From Methanocellales archaeon (GTDB lineage Archaea > Halobacteriota > JAWCLZ01), in assembly GCA_038850275.1 (NCBI GenBank), contig JAWCLZ010000002.1, forward strand, positions 38,993-102,992: a stretch of 64,000 bases of DNA. The letters run 5' to 3'. The position numbers and the translations under genes are program-made. Shown one piece after another: positions 20,107-30,375 of the stretch. The notes beneath the pieces were generated by a model, which did not search any database, had not been told where the DNA came from, and saw only the letters and a list, made by a program, of their open reading frames with translations. Positions within the stretch are counted from its first letter, which is position 1. Every line of letters starts with the position of its first letter.

Positions 20107-20781
20107 CTATAGCAGGGATACTAGGTCTTGAAGCACCGCTTTAGGGTTCTTCGCCTTCACAACACCAGAAGCTAATAGAACTCCCTCGCTTCCTAGCTCA
20201 ATTGCTGCTTTCACGTCCTCCCCCGTGGTTATCCCCGCACCGCAGAGTACCGTGACATCTTTGTTAATTGCCTTAACTGCTTGCACAGTACCCCGAACTA
20301 TCTCAGGCTCAGCCTTTGAAACTGGAATTCCACTCCCTATGAGCTGAGGCGGCTCAACTGCTAGTGCATAGGGAGCTAATGCTGCTACTGCTTTGCTTAC
20401 CGCTAAATTATTGGTGCATACAATGGTGAGTAAATCCAGCGCTTTAGCTCTATTTATGATCTCATCTATATCAGCAATTCGAAGGCGATGCTCAGAGTGA
20501 TTTAGCAATGTACCAATTGCTCCAGCGCTTTTAATAGATTCAAGCGTTACCCAACCAGTGTAACTCCCAGGGGGAACTGCATCAACGTGCTGCGCTAAGC
20601 AGGGGATTTTTACTTGTCTAGCAATCCAAGCTAAATCAGCGGTTTGAGGACAGATTGCAATTGAGATACCACTTTCCATAGCTACTTCTTCACAGGCTCT
20701 CGCAAGAGTAAGTCCTTTTTCTCCTACACTCTCAAGATAGGCCTTTAAATTAAGCACAATTACCGGGGGCTTGATTTTCAT
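20107..20781 (-). CDS. tpiA: Triosephosphate isomerase (archaeal type)
   Basis: NLKAY, AQHVD, LLNHSE, AVEPP, LLASG. Confidence 0.96.
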   Translation of the reverse strand: MKIKPPVIVLNLKAYLESVGEKGLTLARACEEVAMESGISIAICPQTADLAWIARQVKIPCLAQHVDAVPPGSYTGWVTLESIKSAGAIGTLLNHSEHRLRIADIDEIINRAKALDLLTIVCTNNLAVSKAVAALAPYALAVEPPQLIGSGIPVSKAEPEIVRGTVQAVKAINKDVTVLCGAGITTGEDVKAAIELGSEGVLLASGVVKAKNPKAVLQDLVSLL

Positions 20782-20787
20782 CCTTAA

Positions 20788-21906
20788 CTACTCCACTTTT
20801 TGAAAGCGCCCCTGCAGCTTGCTTAGAATTTTTGGGAGAGTGGTATACTCCATGTCCTCCAGAGGCAAGCGATGTGGTTCAAATGGGCCGTGTCTACGCA
20901 TATATTCAGTTATCTCTTGAGCTTTCCTACGCGTGAAATCAAAAGCAGGATCATCGAATAAATCAACTGGGCCAACTAGCAAGCCATTTGCAAGCTGAAA
21001 ACCAGCGGCCGCAACTCTAGGTGGTCCATCAAAGCGAGTGCAGCGAGCATTGGTGAAGGAAACAGGCATTAAAGGGCCATTATGGCTACCCCTCATCCAA
21101 CCACTCACTAAATGTGGAAATGCAAAGGGCTCTAGTATTTCTCCAAGAGCAGGCAGTCCAGACTGCGCTCTCACTAAAGCAACTGGATCGTCCTTTCCCA
21201 CGTATTCCCCTGCGATTTGATAAAGCTTTTCAGTGCTTACAACTGCAACTGGTTCATCCTTGGGTAATTTAGGGTGGTTCTCTTTGGGGTAAACGCGCTT
21301 GATCACATATCTCGATTTTGCTCCTATTAAAGCTAGCAAGTCATACATCTCCTCAGGTGAGTCCATGAATACGCGCTTGTGCTCCAAGATATCCCATATT
21401 TCAAATCTAAACCCACCGTGCAGAGTTGGGTCAATTATTAAGCCAGCGGTGTTGAATGGATCTGCAAACATTCGATAAACTGGTAGGTTAAATGCCCCTG
21501 GCTCTGTTTTATCCATCATAAAAGCAACTATTGGCTCAGCTTTCCTCTCAGTGAACTCCATCTCAGCAACCCCAGGCCCCATACCTCGAACGTTTCCTGA
21601 GAATGCATCGCTCAAGAGATCTTGACCAGCTCCATAGAGCTTTAACTTCTTCGCAACCTCAGTTGCTTTAGTAAATGCCTCCCAAGCTAGGCCGTGGATT
21701 TCTGAGCTATCAACGCCTTTTCTATGGGTCATGATCAATTGTAGATCATCTCCAGCTCCCATTACGTGAAAGTCAACAAGCAAGCCTTTTTCCTTGGCCT
21801 TCTTTAGCGTTGCACGTGCACTTGCAATTAAATCTTCGTGAACACTCGCATGCCCTGGGTAGCCTCCTACGTCTGCTTTGATCAAACTCACAGTTATTTT
21901 TTCCAT
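20788..21906 (-). CDS. fbp: Fructose-1,6-bisphosphate aldolase/phosphatase (class V)
   Basis: IKADVGG, GAGQDLL, DKTEPG, YVGKDDP, GWMRGSH, MEYTT. Confidence 0.97.
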   Translation of the reverse strand: MEKITVSLIKADVGGYPGHASVHEDLIASARATLKKAKEKGLLVDFHVMGAGDDLQLIMTHRKGVDSSEIHGLAWEAFTKATEVAKKLKLYGAGQDLLSDAFSGNVRGMGPGVAEMEFTERKAEPIVAFMMDKTEPGAFNLPVYRMFADPFNTAGLIIDPTLHGGFRFEIWDILEHKRVFMDSPEEMYDLLALIGAKSRYVIKRVYPKENHPKLPKDEPVAVVSTEKLYQIAGEYVGKDDPVALVRAQSGLPALGEILEPFAFPHLVSGWMRGSHNGPLMPVSFTNARCTRFDGPPRVAAAGFQLANGLLVGPVDLFDDPAFDFTRRKAQEITEYMRRHGPFEPHRLPLEDMEYTTLPKILSKLQGRFQKVE

Positions 21907-21991
21907 TTACATCTCCTCTCTATTTTTTATATTAACGATATAAAGTTATATGGTTTATCACTAAGCACTTTATCCAAGCCTGAGCCACGGT

Positions 21992-22597
21992 CTAGAAGCC
22001 AACACTCTCTAGCCAGCGGGCTAGCTTTGCTAAGGATTTACCTCTATGGGATACCTTGTTTTTCTCTTCAACTGTAAGCTCAGCGAATGTTTTAGCTCCA
22101 TATAAAAAAATCGGGTCAAAGCCAAAGCCAAAACTGCCTCTTGCTTCATAGCCTATTTTGCCTCTAACTATTCCACTGAAAATTTTTATTCTTTCACCAT
22201 TGTGATAAGCCACGATTGATTTAAAACAAGCTTCTCTATCTTCGATTCCCTGCATTAACTTTAGCAATCCAGTGTTGCCAATTGTTTTGAAAACATATGA
22301 GGAATAAGGGCCTGGGAAGCCATTTAATGACTTAATAAACAATCCTGAGTCCTCAACGAACAAGGGTTTTTTCAATTTAGAATAGCAATACTCAGCACCA
22401 TATCTAGCGATTTCCTCCAAGCTATTAGACTGGATCTCAGGGTACCTTAGATCTCGCTGTATAATTTCGATGTTAAGTTTGCTTAAAAATTCTCTTGCCT
22501 CTTCAACCTTGCCTTTGTTGCTGGTTATAAAAAAGAGTTTCGATGGTTTATTTGATGGTTTATTCAATGTTTTATTCAATGTTTTATTCAGCAACAA
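21992..22597 (-). CDS. rdgB: XTP/dITP diphosphatase (Ham1/RdgB)
   Basis: ITSNKGK, VEDSGL, GFPGPYS, GFGFDPIF, SHRG. Confidence 0.95.
   Translation of the reverse strand: MLLNKTLNKTLNKPSNKPSKLFFITSNKGKVEEAREFLSKLNIEIIQRDLRYPEIQSNSLEEIARYGAEYCYSKLKKPLFVEDSGLFIKSLNGFPGPYSSYVFKTIGNTGLLKLMQGIEDREACFKSIVAYHNGERIKIFSGIVRGKIGYEARGSFGFGFDPIFLYGAKTFAELTVEEKNKVSHRGKSLAKLARWLESVGF
22542..22590. repeat. In-frame 12-bp tandem repeats in the rdgB 5' end (NKTL NKTL NKPS NKPS)
   Basis: gatggtttattt gatggtttattc aatgttttattc aatgttttattc. Confidence 0.9.
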
Positions 22598-23174
22598 TAT
22601 ACCTCCCTCTAGCTTCTATCTCTTTAACCCTAGAAAGCACTTCTTCAGCGTGTTTAAATGATGATTTATAGCCTTTGATGAAGCTTGCAACTAGTTTTTC
22701 ATAATTAGAATGAGTGCTCTTGAATGTCTGGAAGAGCACGTGTACATCTACACCTCTTGCTTCTAGCTCTTGGCTGTAGAATGCCAATCCGAAGTCTATG
22801 AAGTAGATTTTATTATCGCTAAGTATCATATTTGAAGTAGTTAAATCCCCGTGGATTATACCAGCGTTGTGTAATCTCCCGACGAGTACGCCAATCCTCT
22901 CGCTGAGTTCCTCATTAAGGATGTATTTAAGTTGCTCCCCAGGTATGTATTCCATGGTAATTTCAAATTCATCTACATCGAAAATAATTGGAGTTGGAAC
23001 ACCACTCTTTCTAGCGTCAGAAGTAATCTTAGCCTCAGTTTTATTCCTCTCCCTCCTTAACGCTATATCGATCGCTTGCAATCTATATCGCTTAGAAATT
23101 CTTCGCTTCACTACAAAATCGCCTTTGAATTCCACTATAGCCTCTGCACCTTGTGCTCTCTCCATTCTCTCCAT
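22584..23174 (-). CDS. bud32: KEOPS kinase/ATPase Bud32
   Basis: GAEA, KRRISKRYR, HGDLTTSN, IDFGL, C-terminal RGRY. Confidence 0.95.
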   Translation of the reverse strand: MERMERAQGAEAIVEFKGDFVVKRRISKRYRLQAIDIALRRERNKTEAKITSDARKSGVPTPIIFDVDEFEITMEYIPGEQLKYILNEELSERIGVLVGRLHNAGIIHGDLTTSNMILSDNKIYFIDFGLAFYSQELEARGVDVHVLFQTFKSTHSNYEKLVASFIKGYKSSFKHAEEVLSRVKEIEARGRYIVAE

Positions 23175-23185
23175 TTTTCATCGCC

Positions 23186-24220
23186 TCAATAAATTTTCCT
23201 CCCTAATTCGCCTGTAATAGGAATTTTTTCCCCGCATCGCCTGCAGATTTTCTCAGATGTTATATCGTGATAAATTAGATTAAACCCCCTTCGTTGGATT
23301 AAAAGTGCACCGCATTTAGGGCTATAGGTATTCTCATATCTGTGCCCGAATACATTGCCAATATAGGGATATTTCAAGCCCTCTTTTTTTGCAATTTCAA
23401 CTGCTTTCTCCAGTGTTTTAACTGGCGTGGGATAATGATGAGACATTTTATACATGGGTGTGAAGCGAGTGAAGTGAATAGGGGTATCTTGCCCGAGGTT
23501 TTCATATACCCATCTCGCTAGAGCTCGAATTTCCTCCTCAGAATCGTTTTTCTCAGGGATTATTAAATTGACCACTTCAACGTGCATTCCAAGTTCTCCA
23601 GCCCTCCTCGTAGATTCAAGCACTGGCTGGAGCTTTGCTGAGCAGATTTCTTCATAAAATCTATCGCTGAATGCCTTTATATCCACTCGAAATGCATCTA
23701 AATAAGGAGAAATGTATTCCAATGCTTTAATTGTTATATAGCCATTGGTTACATAAACTGTGTATAAGCCAGCTTTCTTCGCAAGTTTTGCAATGTCATA
23801 GGTGTATTCAAACCAAATCGTTGGCTCGTTATACGTCCATGCGATACCCTTGCTTCCACTTGCAATTGCATATTCAATTACCTCTTCAGGTGGAATTTCA
23901 ACCACTAGACTTAGATCGGGTTTAGCATGGGAAATCCTCCAATTTTGACAGTGGATGCATCTAAAATTACATCCCAATGTGCCAAGTGAATATACCAAGC
24001 TCCCGGGGTGAAAATGATAAAGCGGTTTTTTCTCAATTGGATCTACATTTTCTGAGGAAACCCAGTTATATATGATGGAGTAAAGCTTGCCCTCTATATT
24101 CTCCCGAGTTAAGCAAAAACCTTTTTTACCCTGAGCGATGATGCATTCTCTAGCGCAGATATTGCATTTAACTTTATCCCCATCTCCATCGAGCTTTTCA
24201 TAGAGATAGGCTTCTTTCAT
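23186..24220 (-). CDS. amrS: AmmeMemoRadiSam system radical SAM enzyme
   Basis: MKEAYLY start, DPIEKKPLYHFHPG, GCNFRCIHCQN, TYNEP, YIGN. Confidence 0.9.
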   Translation of the reverse strand: MKEAYLYEKLDGDGDKVKCNICARECIIAQGKKGFCLTRENIEGKLYSIIYNWVSSENVDPIEKKPLYHFHPGSLVYSLGTLGCNFRCIHCQNWRISHAKPDLSLVVEIPPEEVIEYAIASGSKGIAWTYNEPTIWFEYTYDIAKLAKKAGLYTVYVTNGYITIKALEYISPYLDAFRVDIKAFSDRFYEEICSAKLQPVLESTRRAGELGMHVEVVNLIIPEKNDSEEEIRALARWVYENLGQDTPIHFTRFTPMYKMSHHYPTPVKTLEKAVEIAKKEGLKYPYIGNVFGHRYENTYSPKCGALLIQRRGFNLIYHDITSEKICRRCGEKIPITGELGRKIY

Positions 24221-24246
24221 TGATTCAAAAATAACTCTCTCCCTAT

Positions 24247-24315
24247 ATCTCTTTTTCTTGTGTTTTCGCAATATTATGTTTTCGCATAATCTCTTTTTCT
24301 TGTGTTTTCGCAATA
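24247..24315. repeat. 27-bp perfect direct repeat in the divergent amrS/gltX intergenic region
   Basis: atctctttttcttgtgttttcgcaata at 24247-24273 and 24289-24315, with a partial tgttttcgca copy between. Confidence 0.93.
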
Positions 24316-24365
24316 ATTACATAATTAATAAATTTATACTACATATTGGCAAAAATTATATCACA

Positions 24366-26066
24366 ATGCTTGATGTCAAGCGGTTAATTGAAAAATATGC
24401 TCTTCAAAATGCAATTAAATATGACTCAATACCCCTAGCTAGCGCTGTTATTGGCAAGGTAATGGCTGAACACCATGAGTTGAGATCTAGGGCAAAAGAA
24501 ATATCCACTCTAGCTAGGGAAGTAATCGCAAATGTGGAGAAATTATCTAAAGAAGAGAGAATCGCTCGACTAAAGGAAATTGCCCCTGAATTGCTAGAGA
24601 AAATGTGGATGGAGAAACATAGAGAGCATGGTTTACCTGAGCTAAAGGGAGTCACGCCAAATGGAAAAGTTGTGCTTAGAATCGCACCCAATCCAAATGG
24701 TCCACCGACTCTTGGCAATGCCCGAGGGATAATAATAAATCATGAATATGCAAAGCGCTACAATGGGAAATTTATAATGCGCTTCGACGACACTGATCCC
24801 GTGACTAAGAGACCAATGCTTGAAGCATATCAATGGTATTTAGAGGATGCTGAGTGGTTAAATGCAAAGCCTGATGAAGTTGTAATAGCTTCAGACCGCA
24901 TAGAGTTATATTATAAATATGCTGAGGAACTCATCAAACTTGGAAAGGCCTATGTATGCTTTTGCCCAAGGGAAGAGTTTAAAAAGCTAAAAGATGCAAT
25001 GCATCCTTGTCCCCATCGTGAAACTTCAATTGAGGAAAATTTAAAGCACTGGCAGAGCATGCTCAAGGGAGACTATGATACAGGGCAAGCTGTGCTACGC
25101 ATTAAAACAGATATCCAACATAAAGATCCAGCTCTTAGAGACTGGGTGGCATTTAGAGTCATAAAGGCAGATCATCCAAGAGTGGGGAGGAGATATATAG
25201 TCTGGCCAACGTTGGACTTTGAATCTGCAATTGAAGATCACTTGCTTGGCACTACGCATATAATACGCGGGAAGGATCTCATGGATAGCGAGAAAAGACA
25301 GAGATATATCTATGAATACTTTGGATGGTCTTATCCAATTACATTGCACTGGGGAAGAATTAAGATACATGAATTTGGCAAATTCAGCACAAGTGCAACT
25401 AGAAAGGCAATCGAAGAGGGAATATATACAGGCTGGGACGATCCTCGACTACCTATTATAAGAGCGCTTAAGCGCAGGGGCATAGCTCCTGAGGCAATTC
25501 GCCGCTTTATAATTGAAATGGGTATAACTGAAGCGGATATAGCTGTTAGCATGGAAACTTTATATAGTATAAATAGAAGTATCATAGATTCAAAAGCAAA
25601 TCGCTATTTCTTTGTCCACAATCCAGTTAAGATGCAAATCCTAGATTCGAGTCCAGTATTGGTAAAAGCACCTCTTCATCCTAAGGAGAAACGTGGATTT
25701 AGAGAAATTCAAGTTGGCAGCGAGGTATACATAAGTGAATTAGATTATAATAGCCTAGCAATTAAGCAAAAACTACGCTTGAAAGACCTATATAATATTG
25801 AGATTGAGAGTTTAAAGCCACTTGTTGCAAGATACATAGGTAATGACTTAAATTTAGTTAAACAAGGAGCGATGATAATACACTGGGTACCAGTTGATGG
25901 TATAAAGGTAAAGGTAATAGCACCAGATGGAATCTACGAGGGCATTGGGGAGAGAAATATCTTGAATGAAAAGGTGGATAGCATTGTGCAATTTGAGCGA
26001 TTTGCATTCTGTAGAATAGATAAAATAAGCGAGAGTGAGGTAATCGCTTATTGGACGCATAAGTAG
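24366..26066 (+). CDS. gltX: Glutamate--tRNA ligase (archaeal type)
   Basis: KYALQNA, APNPNGPPTLGNAR (HIGH equivalent), FDDTDP, IIRGKD, KFSTS, GWDDPRL, QFERF; start set to ATG 24366. Confidence 0.96.
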   Translation: MLDVKRLIEKYALQNAIKYDSIPLASAVIGKVMAEHHELRSRAKEISTLAREVIANVEKLSKEERIARLKEIAPELLEKMWMEKHREHGLPELKGVTPNGKVVLRIAPNPNGPPTLGNARGIIINHEYAKRYNGKFIMRFDDTDPVTKRPMLEAYQWYLEDAEWLNAKPDEVVIASDRIELYYKYAEELIKLGKAYVCFCPREEFKKLKDAMHPCPHRETSIEENLKHWQSMLKGDYDTGQAVLRIKTDIQHKDPALRDWVAFRVIKADHPRVGRRYIVWPTLDFESAIEDHLLGTTHIIRGKDLMDSEKRQRYIYEYFGWSYPITLHWGRIKIHEFGKFSTSATRKAIEEGIYTGWDDPRLPIIRALKRRGIAPEAIRRFIIEMGITEADIAVSMETLYSINRSIIDSKANRYFFVHNPVKMQILDSSPVLVKAPLHPKEKRGFREIQVGSEVYISELDYNSLAIKQKLRLKDLYNIEIESLKPLVARYIGNDLNLVKQGAMIIHWVPVDGIKVKVIAPDGIYEGIGERNILNEKVDSIVQFERFAFCRIDKISESEVIAYWTHK

Positions 26067-26073
26067 TGATAAA

Positions 26074-26679
26074 ATGCTTCCTGAACATCTCCTTGCCTTC
26101 GCGGTTCTCATGACCCTTGCTTGCATTCTCTGGTCGATCTCAAGCTATAGCTTGCGAAGGGCTAAGCGTGTTACAATTTCTCATCTTGAAAAATTCGCGA
26201 ACCAAGTTAATGCAGTGCATAGTTATAGCTTATTGTTGGATTACGATAAAGCAAATGGAGTGCATCGCAACCATTGCTTTGAATATAAGCTCTATGAACA
26301 CCGAGGGGCTTGGCTATGTTTAACCATATTTCTCCAACAAACTTTTGATTTTTATATTAGAATTGCGAGGAAGTCCCTCAGGGAATCTATAGTAAAGGGA
26401 AAAAAAATAGATTTAGGAAGAGGAGATTTAATGCCTTTTATTGAAAACACAATTGCAATTAAAACTAGTGACTCAAAAATGGCTCAAAAACTACTTGATT
26501 TGACCACGCAGTCAATTGTTCTTCGCTTGTTTGAAGAATTCAAGATTGCTAAAATGGAGATAAATCAAGGAAAGATGAGGATAAACATAAGCGATCCAGA
26601 AATTGCGAGTGAAAAATACTTCAGTGAACTTCTTAATATAGCGATTGATTTAGCAGAACAAGTTGAAACTAGAGCTTGA
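26074..26679 (+). CDS. Hypothetical protein with N-terminal membrane anchor
   Basis: Hydrophobic N-terminal helix; fills the gap between gltX and larA. Confidence 0.6.
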   Translation: MLPEHLLAFAVLMTLACILWSISSYSLRRAKRVTISHLEKFANQVNAVHSYSLLLDYDKANGVHRNHCFEYKLYEHRGAWLCLTIFLQQTFDFYIRIARKSLRESIVKGKKIDLGRGDLMPFIENTIAIKTSDSKMAQKLLDLTTQSIVLRLFEEFKIAKMEINQGKMRINISDPEIASEKYFSELLNIAIDLAEQVETRA

Positions 26680-26737
26680 TTGATATTAAAAGAAAAATAT
26701 TTATTCAAATATGCTAATCAATCTATGAGGTAATTGG

Positions 26738-27988
26738 ATGGCAAAAATTTCATTGAAATATGGCAAAAGTGAAGTTGAAATTGAAATTCCAAGTCAGAAT
26801 CTACAGCAAATATTGAAACCCAATGAAATTCCTGCTCTTGGAGATGGAGAGATTGAGCGTGCTCTTCAAAATCCAGTTGCTTCAAAGCGGCTATCTGAAA
26901 TTGTAAAGCAGGGAGATAAAGTAGCGATAATTGTTAGCGATATTACACGTCCAGCTCCATCTAAGAAAATGCTACCACCCTTGCTTCAGGAATTGAACAA
27001 GGGGGGAGTAGCGGATGAAGATATCACTATTATCTTTGCATTGGGCATCCATCGCAAGCATACTATTGAGGAGCAAAAAAACTTGGTTGGAGAAGCGATT
27101 TATAATAGAATTAAATGCATCGATCACGATCCTCAGAATGTTGTAAGCATTGGTAGAACAAAGAATGGCACGCGAATTGAAGTATTCAAACCAATTTTCG
27201 ATGCAGATGTTGTAGTATGCACAGGGAATATTGAGTTCCACTACTTCGCAGGCTATAGCGGTGGAGCCAAAGCTATTATGCCAGGTGTATGCTCCAAGAC
27301 AACCATTCAAGATAACCATAGTCAAATGCTCCATCCAAAAGCAAGTGCTGGCATAATTGAAGGCAATCCTGTTCGCGAGGATATGGAGGAAGTGGGAGAG
27401 AAAGTTGGCATAGATTTTATTTTAAATGTGGTATTGAATGAGAAGAAGGAAATTGTAAAAGCAGTTGCAGGTCATCCTGTGCTTGCTCATCGCGAGGGCT
27501 TGAGATATGTGGATGCTATGTATAAAATACCCATTGAAAAGCCTGCGGATATAGTAATAGCCTCAGCCGGTGGCTTTCCAAAGGATATTAATCTCTATCA
27601 AGCTCAAAAAGCGCTTGAGAATGCTAAAAATGCAGTGCGTGAAGGAGGCACGATAATACTCCTTGGCGAGTGCAGCGATGGACTTGGCGAGCGGGTTTTT
27701 GAACGCTGGATCGAAGAGGCTTCCAATCCAGAGGATGTGCTTCAAAAGATTAAAACAAAATTCGAACTAGGCGGCCATAAACTCGGGGCAATAGCACTGG
27801 TGCGGAAGAAAGCTGAAATCTATATTGTATCAAAGCTATCAGAGGAACTCGCGAGGAAAGCATTTCTAACTCCATTTAGAGATGTACAGAGTGCTTTAAA
27901 AAATGCAATGCATAAGCATGGCAAAGATGCAAATATAATTGTCATGCCATATGGCGGCTCAACGCTGCCATTCCCTAGGAGGATATAA
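26738..27988 (+). CDS. larA: LarA-family nickel-pincer-nucleotide racemase/epimerase
   Basis: SDITRP, ALGIHR, HYFAGYSGGAKAIMPG, NH, DINLYQAQKA. Confidence 0.9.
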   Translation: MAKISLKYGKSEVEIEIPSQNLQQILKPNEIPALGDGEIERALQNPVASKRLSEIVKQGDKVAIIVSDITRPAPSKKMLPPLLQELNKGGVADEDITIIFALGIHRKHTIEEQKNLVGEAIYNRIKCIDHDPQNVVSIGRTKNGTRIEVFKPIFDADVVVCTGNIEFHYFAGYSGGAKAIMPGVCSKTTIQDNHSQMLHPKASAGIIEGNPVREDMEEVGEKVGIDFILNVVLNEKKEIVKAVAGHPVLAHREGLRYVDAMYKIPIEKPADIVIASAGGFPKDINLYQAQKALENAKNAVREGGTIILLGECSDGLGERVFERWIEEASNPEDVLQKIKTKFELGGHKLGAIALVRKKAEIYIVSKLSEELARKAFLTPFRDVQSALKNAMHKHGKDANIIVMPYGGSTLPFPRRI

Positions 27989-27989
27989 T

Positions 27990-28490
27990 ATGATTAGAAT
28001 AGATGACATCGATCTTAAAATCCTAGATTTACTAGTGCATGATTCCTCAAAAACTTTCAAGCAGATGGCGGAAGAGCTAGACATAGACCAACGCACAGTT
28101 AGCTCTAGGGTGAAGAAGCTTAAGAAATGTGGGATAATAGAGGAAATGGGTGCGCATATTAACTTCCAAAAGCTTTGGGGTGTATCAGTTGTCATAGGAA
28201 TCAATTTAGACCTTCAAAAGTCAAGCACAACTGCTTTTTTCAAAGAACTTATGTCCAAGGTGAAGAACAATCGCATTCGCTCTGTTTACGAAGGCTTCGG
28301 CAGCCACGATTTAATAATAATAATGACTGCTATTGACAATCAAGAGCTCAATGATATGCTTATGATAATTAAAAGCTTGAGTGGGATAAAGGACATAAAG
28401 GTAACGACCATTACCAATACATTAAGGCATCTCCACGTAGTACCAGATCCCGAGGATCTTAAGAAAGCTAGAATGAGGATTTTTGAGTGA
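27990..28490 (+). CDS. Lrp/AsnC family transcriptional regulator
   Basis: IDDIDLKIL...TVSSRVKKL..GII HTH, G.HDL RAM domain; AGGAGG before ATG 27990. Confidence 0.88.
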   Translation: MIRIDDIDLKILDLLVHDSSKTFKQMAEELDIDQRTVSSRVKKLKKCGIIEEMGAHINFQKLWGVSVVIGINLDLQKSSTTAFFKELMSKVKNNRIRSVYEGFGSHDLIIIMTAIDNQELNDMLMIIKSLSGIKDIKVTTITNTLRHLHVVPDPEDLKKARMRIFE

Positions 28491-28921
28491 GGTATAGAGT
28501 GAGGCAGATATTCATAGCAGTTGGCGCAGTGATTAAAAATAGCGAAGGAAAGATATTACTTGTGCAGCATAAACCTGAGCGAGGGGGATATTGGAGAGGG
28601 AAGTGGATTTGCCCTGGGGGAAGATTGAGGCTAGGGGAATCCATTGAAGCTGGGATCAAGCGCGAGGTTAAGGAGGAAACTAATCTAGAGATCGAGCTTG
28701 AAGAACCATTAGTTCCCTTTGAGAGAATAGTTAAAAGAGGTAATAAGATAGAGCTCCACGTTATATATATAGATTACATTGCAACTATAGCTGGTGGGGC
28801 TCTAAAGGTTGGAAGCGATGTGGGAAAAGCTAAGTTTGCAAGCTGCGATGAAATTCGCGAGATGTGGAGCGAGCTTCACGAGGATACTCAAAAGCTATTG
28901 AAAATCGCAGGAATAATTTAA
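28487..28921 (+). CDS. NUDIX hydrolase
   Basis: Nudix box PGGRLRLGESIEAGIKREVKEETNL. Confidence 0.92.
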   Translation: MRYRVRQIFIAVGAVIKNSEGKILLVQHKPERGGYWRGKWICPGGRLRLGESIEAGIKREVKEETNLEIELEEPLVPFERIVKRGNKIELHVIYIDYIATIAGGALKVGSDVGKAKFASCDEIREMWSELHEDTQKLLKIAGII

Positions 28922-29063
28922 CCAAGGATAATTAATTAAAAGCAAATATTTTACTAATATTAGAAATTTTACCAAGATTTAGCTCTCAATTGTTAAAGAT
29001 TTCAAAAATTTTATATATTGCTTCATCATAATATGTTTTTAAAGATAAAAGGGGGAGTATAAA

Positions 29064-30236
29064 ATTCTCCTTGGGTTTACAAAGGAAAAGGAAGATGAAG
29101 AGATTAAAGCGTGGGAGCTCTATCAAGATTTATTTGAAAATACTCAGGATGCAATATTCAACTTAGATTTTAATGGCAACTTCACAGCAGTTAATAAAAA
29201 AACCGAGGAAATAACTGGCTACAGGCGAGAGGAATTAATTGGCAAATCCGTAGTTACAATTCTCCCAAATAGACTTCACGATCGAGCTATATCTAAAATC
29301 GCAGAACTAGAGAGTGGAAAATTACTTGGGCCTTTTTTGATTGAGCTTAAAACAAAAAAAGGCGCCAAGCCAGTTGAAATCACAGCTAGGTTGGTTAAAA
29401 TCAGGGATAAAATGATCGCCATTCAATGCATAGCTCGAGATGCAACAATAAGAGTTGAAATGGAGCGGGAACTTAAAGAAACTAGAGATCTTCTGGATAT
29501 AATCTTAAGCAACATAGATGAATCCATCTTAGTGGTAAATCGAAATTATGAGATTTCAAAAATCAAAATTAAAAATAACAATAAAGAGAAGGGAATAATA
29601 GGTAAATCTTGCTATGAATATCTCCATAATTTAGCTAATCGCTGCACGCAATATCCATGTCCAGTGGAAAGAGTATTTGAAACTGGCAAGCCATTTAGCA
29701 CAACTCACGTTCACTTCATAGAGGGCCAGCCACATATAGTGGAAATAGAAGCATATCCTCTATACGACTCAAGGGGAGTGGTGATTAAGGTAATTAAAGT
29801 CATGAGAGATGTTACAATAAAAAGAGAACTGGAACGCCAAGCTAGAGAGAGTAAAGAATTTTTAGATCAAGTTATCGAGAATGCATATGATATCATATTT
29901 GCACTTGACTGCGAGGGGAAATTTAAATTAATAAATCAAGCAGCGGAAAAAATAACTGGATATAAACGAGAAGAATGGATAGGAAAGCCCTTCTCAGAAA
30001 TCATAGCATCTGGATATCTCTCTATAGCTCTAGACAAATTCAAAAGGGCATTGAATGGTAGAGAGGTCAAGCCATTTGAAATTGAGATAAATAGCAAAGA
30101 TGGTAAAAGAATACCGCTAGAGATAAACGCAAGGCCAATCCGACAAGATGGAAAGATCTCAAGCGTGGTTTGCATAGCTCGAGATATCGCTGAAAGGAAA
30201 ACTGAACAAAAAGTGGAGGAATATGCTTCTCAATAA
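29064..30236 (+). CDS. Triple-PAS sensor protein with no output domain; probable ATT start at 29064 (possibly a truncated kinase)
   Basis: Frame is open from 29049 and encodes a complete first PAS (LFENTQDAIF..D..G.F..VN...EEITGYRREELIGK) upstream of the track's TTG 29337; two more PAS/PAC units follow. Confidence 0.8.
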   Translation: MLLGFTKEKEDEEIKAWELYQDLFENTQDAIFNLDFNGNFTAVNKKTEEITGYRREELIGKSVVTILPNRLHDRAISKIAELESGKLLGPFLIELKTKKGAKPVEITARLVKIRDKMIAIQCIARDATIRVEMERELKETRDLLDIILSNIDESILVVNRNYEISKIKIKNNNKEKGIIGKSCYEYLHNLANRCTQYPCPVERVFETGKPFSTTHVHFIEGQPHIVEIEAYPLYDSRGVVIKVIKVMRDVTIKRELERQARESKEFLDQVIENAYDIIFALDCEGKFKLINQAAEKITGYKREEWIGKPFSEIIASGYLSIALDKFKRALNGREVKPFEIEINSKDGKRIPLEINARPIRQDGKISSVVCIARDIAERKTEQKVEEYASQ

Positions 30237-30375
30237 ACGTGAAAATATATTTGATTGGAAAAAGCTCACAATTGTAATTGAAAACTCATGCCTAAGCTGA
30301 ATAATCTGAATAAATCAAGCGAAATGGCAAATAGTGGGAGGCCCATCAGAGAGATTAAAGACCTAGGAGGGAACT

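Noticed and set aside
24220..24366. Long overlapping N-terminal extensions of amrS (from 24313) and gltX (from 24258) in the ORF track
   Set aside because: They translate the intergenic 27-bp repeat; family-typical starts are at 24220 and 24366
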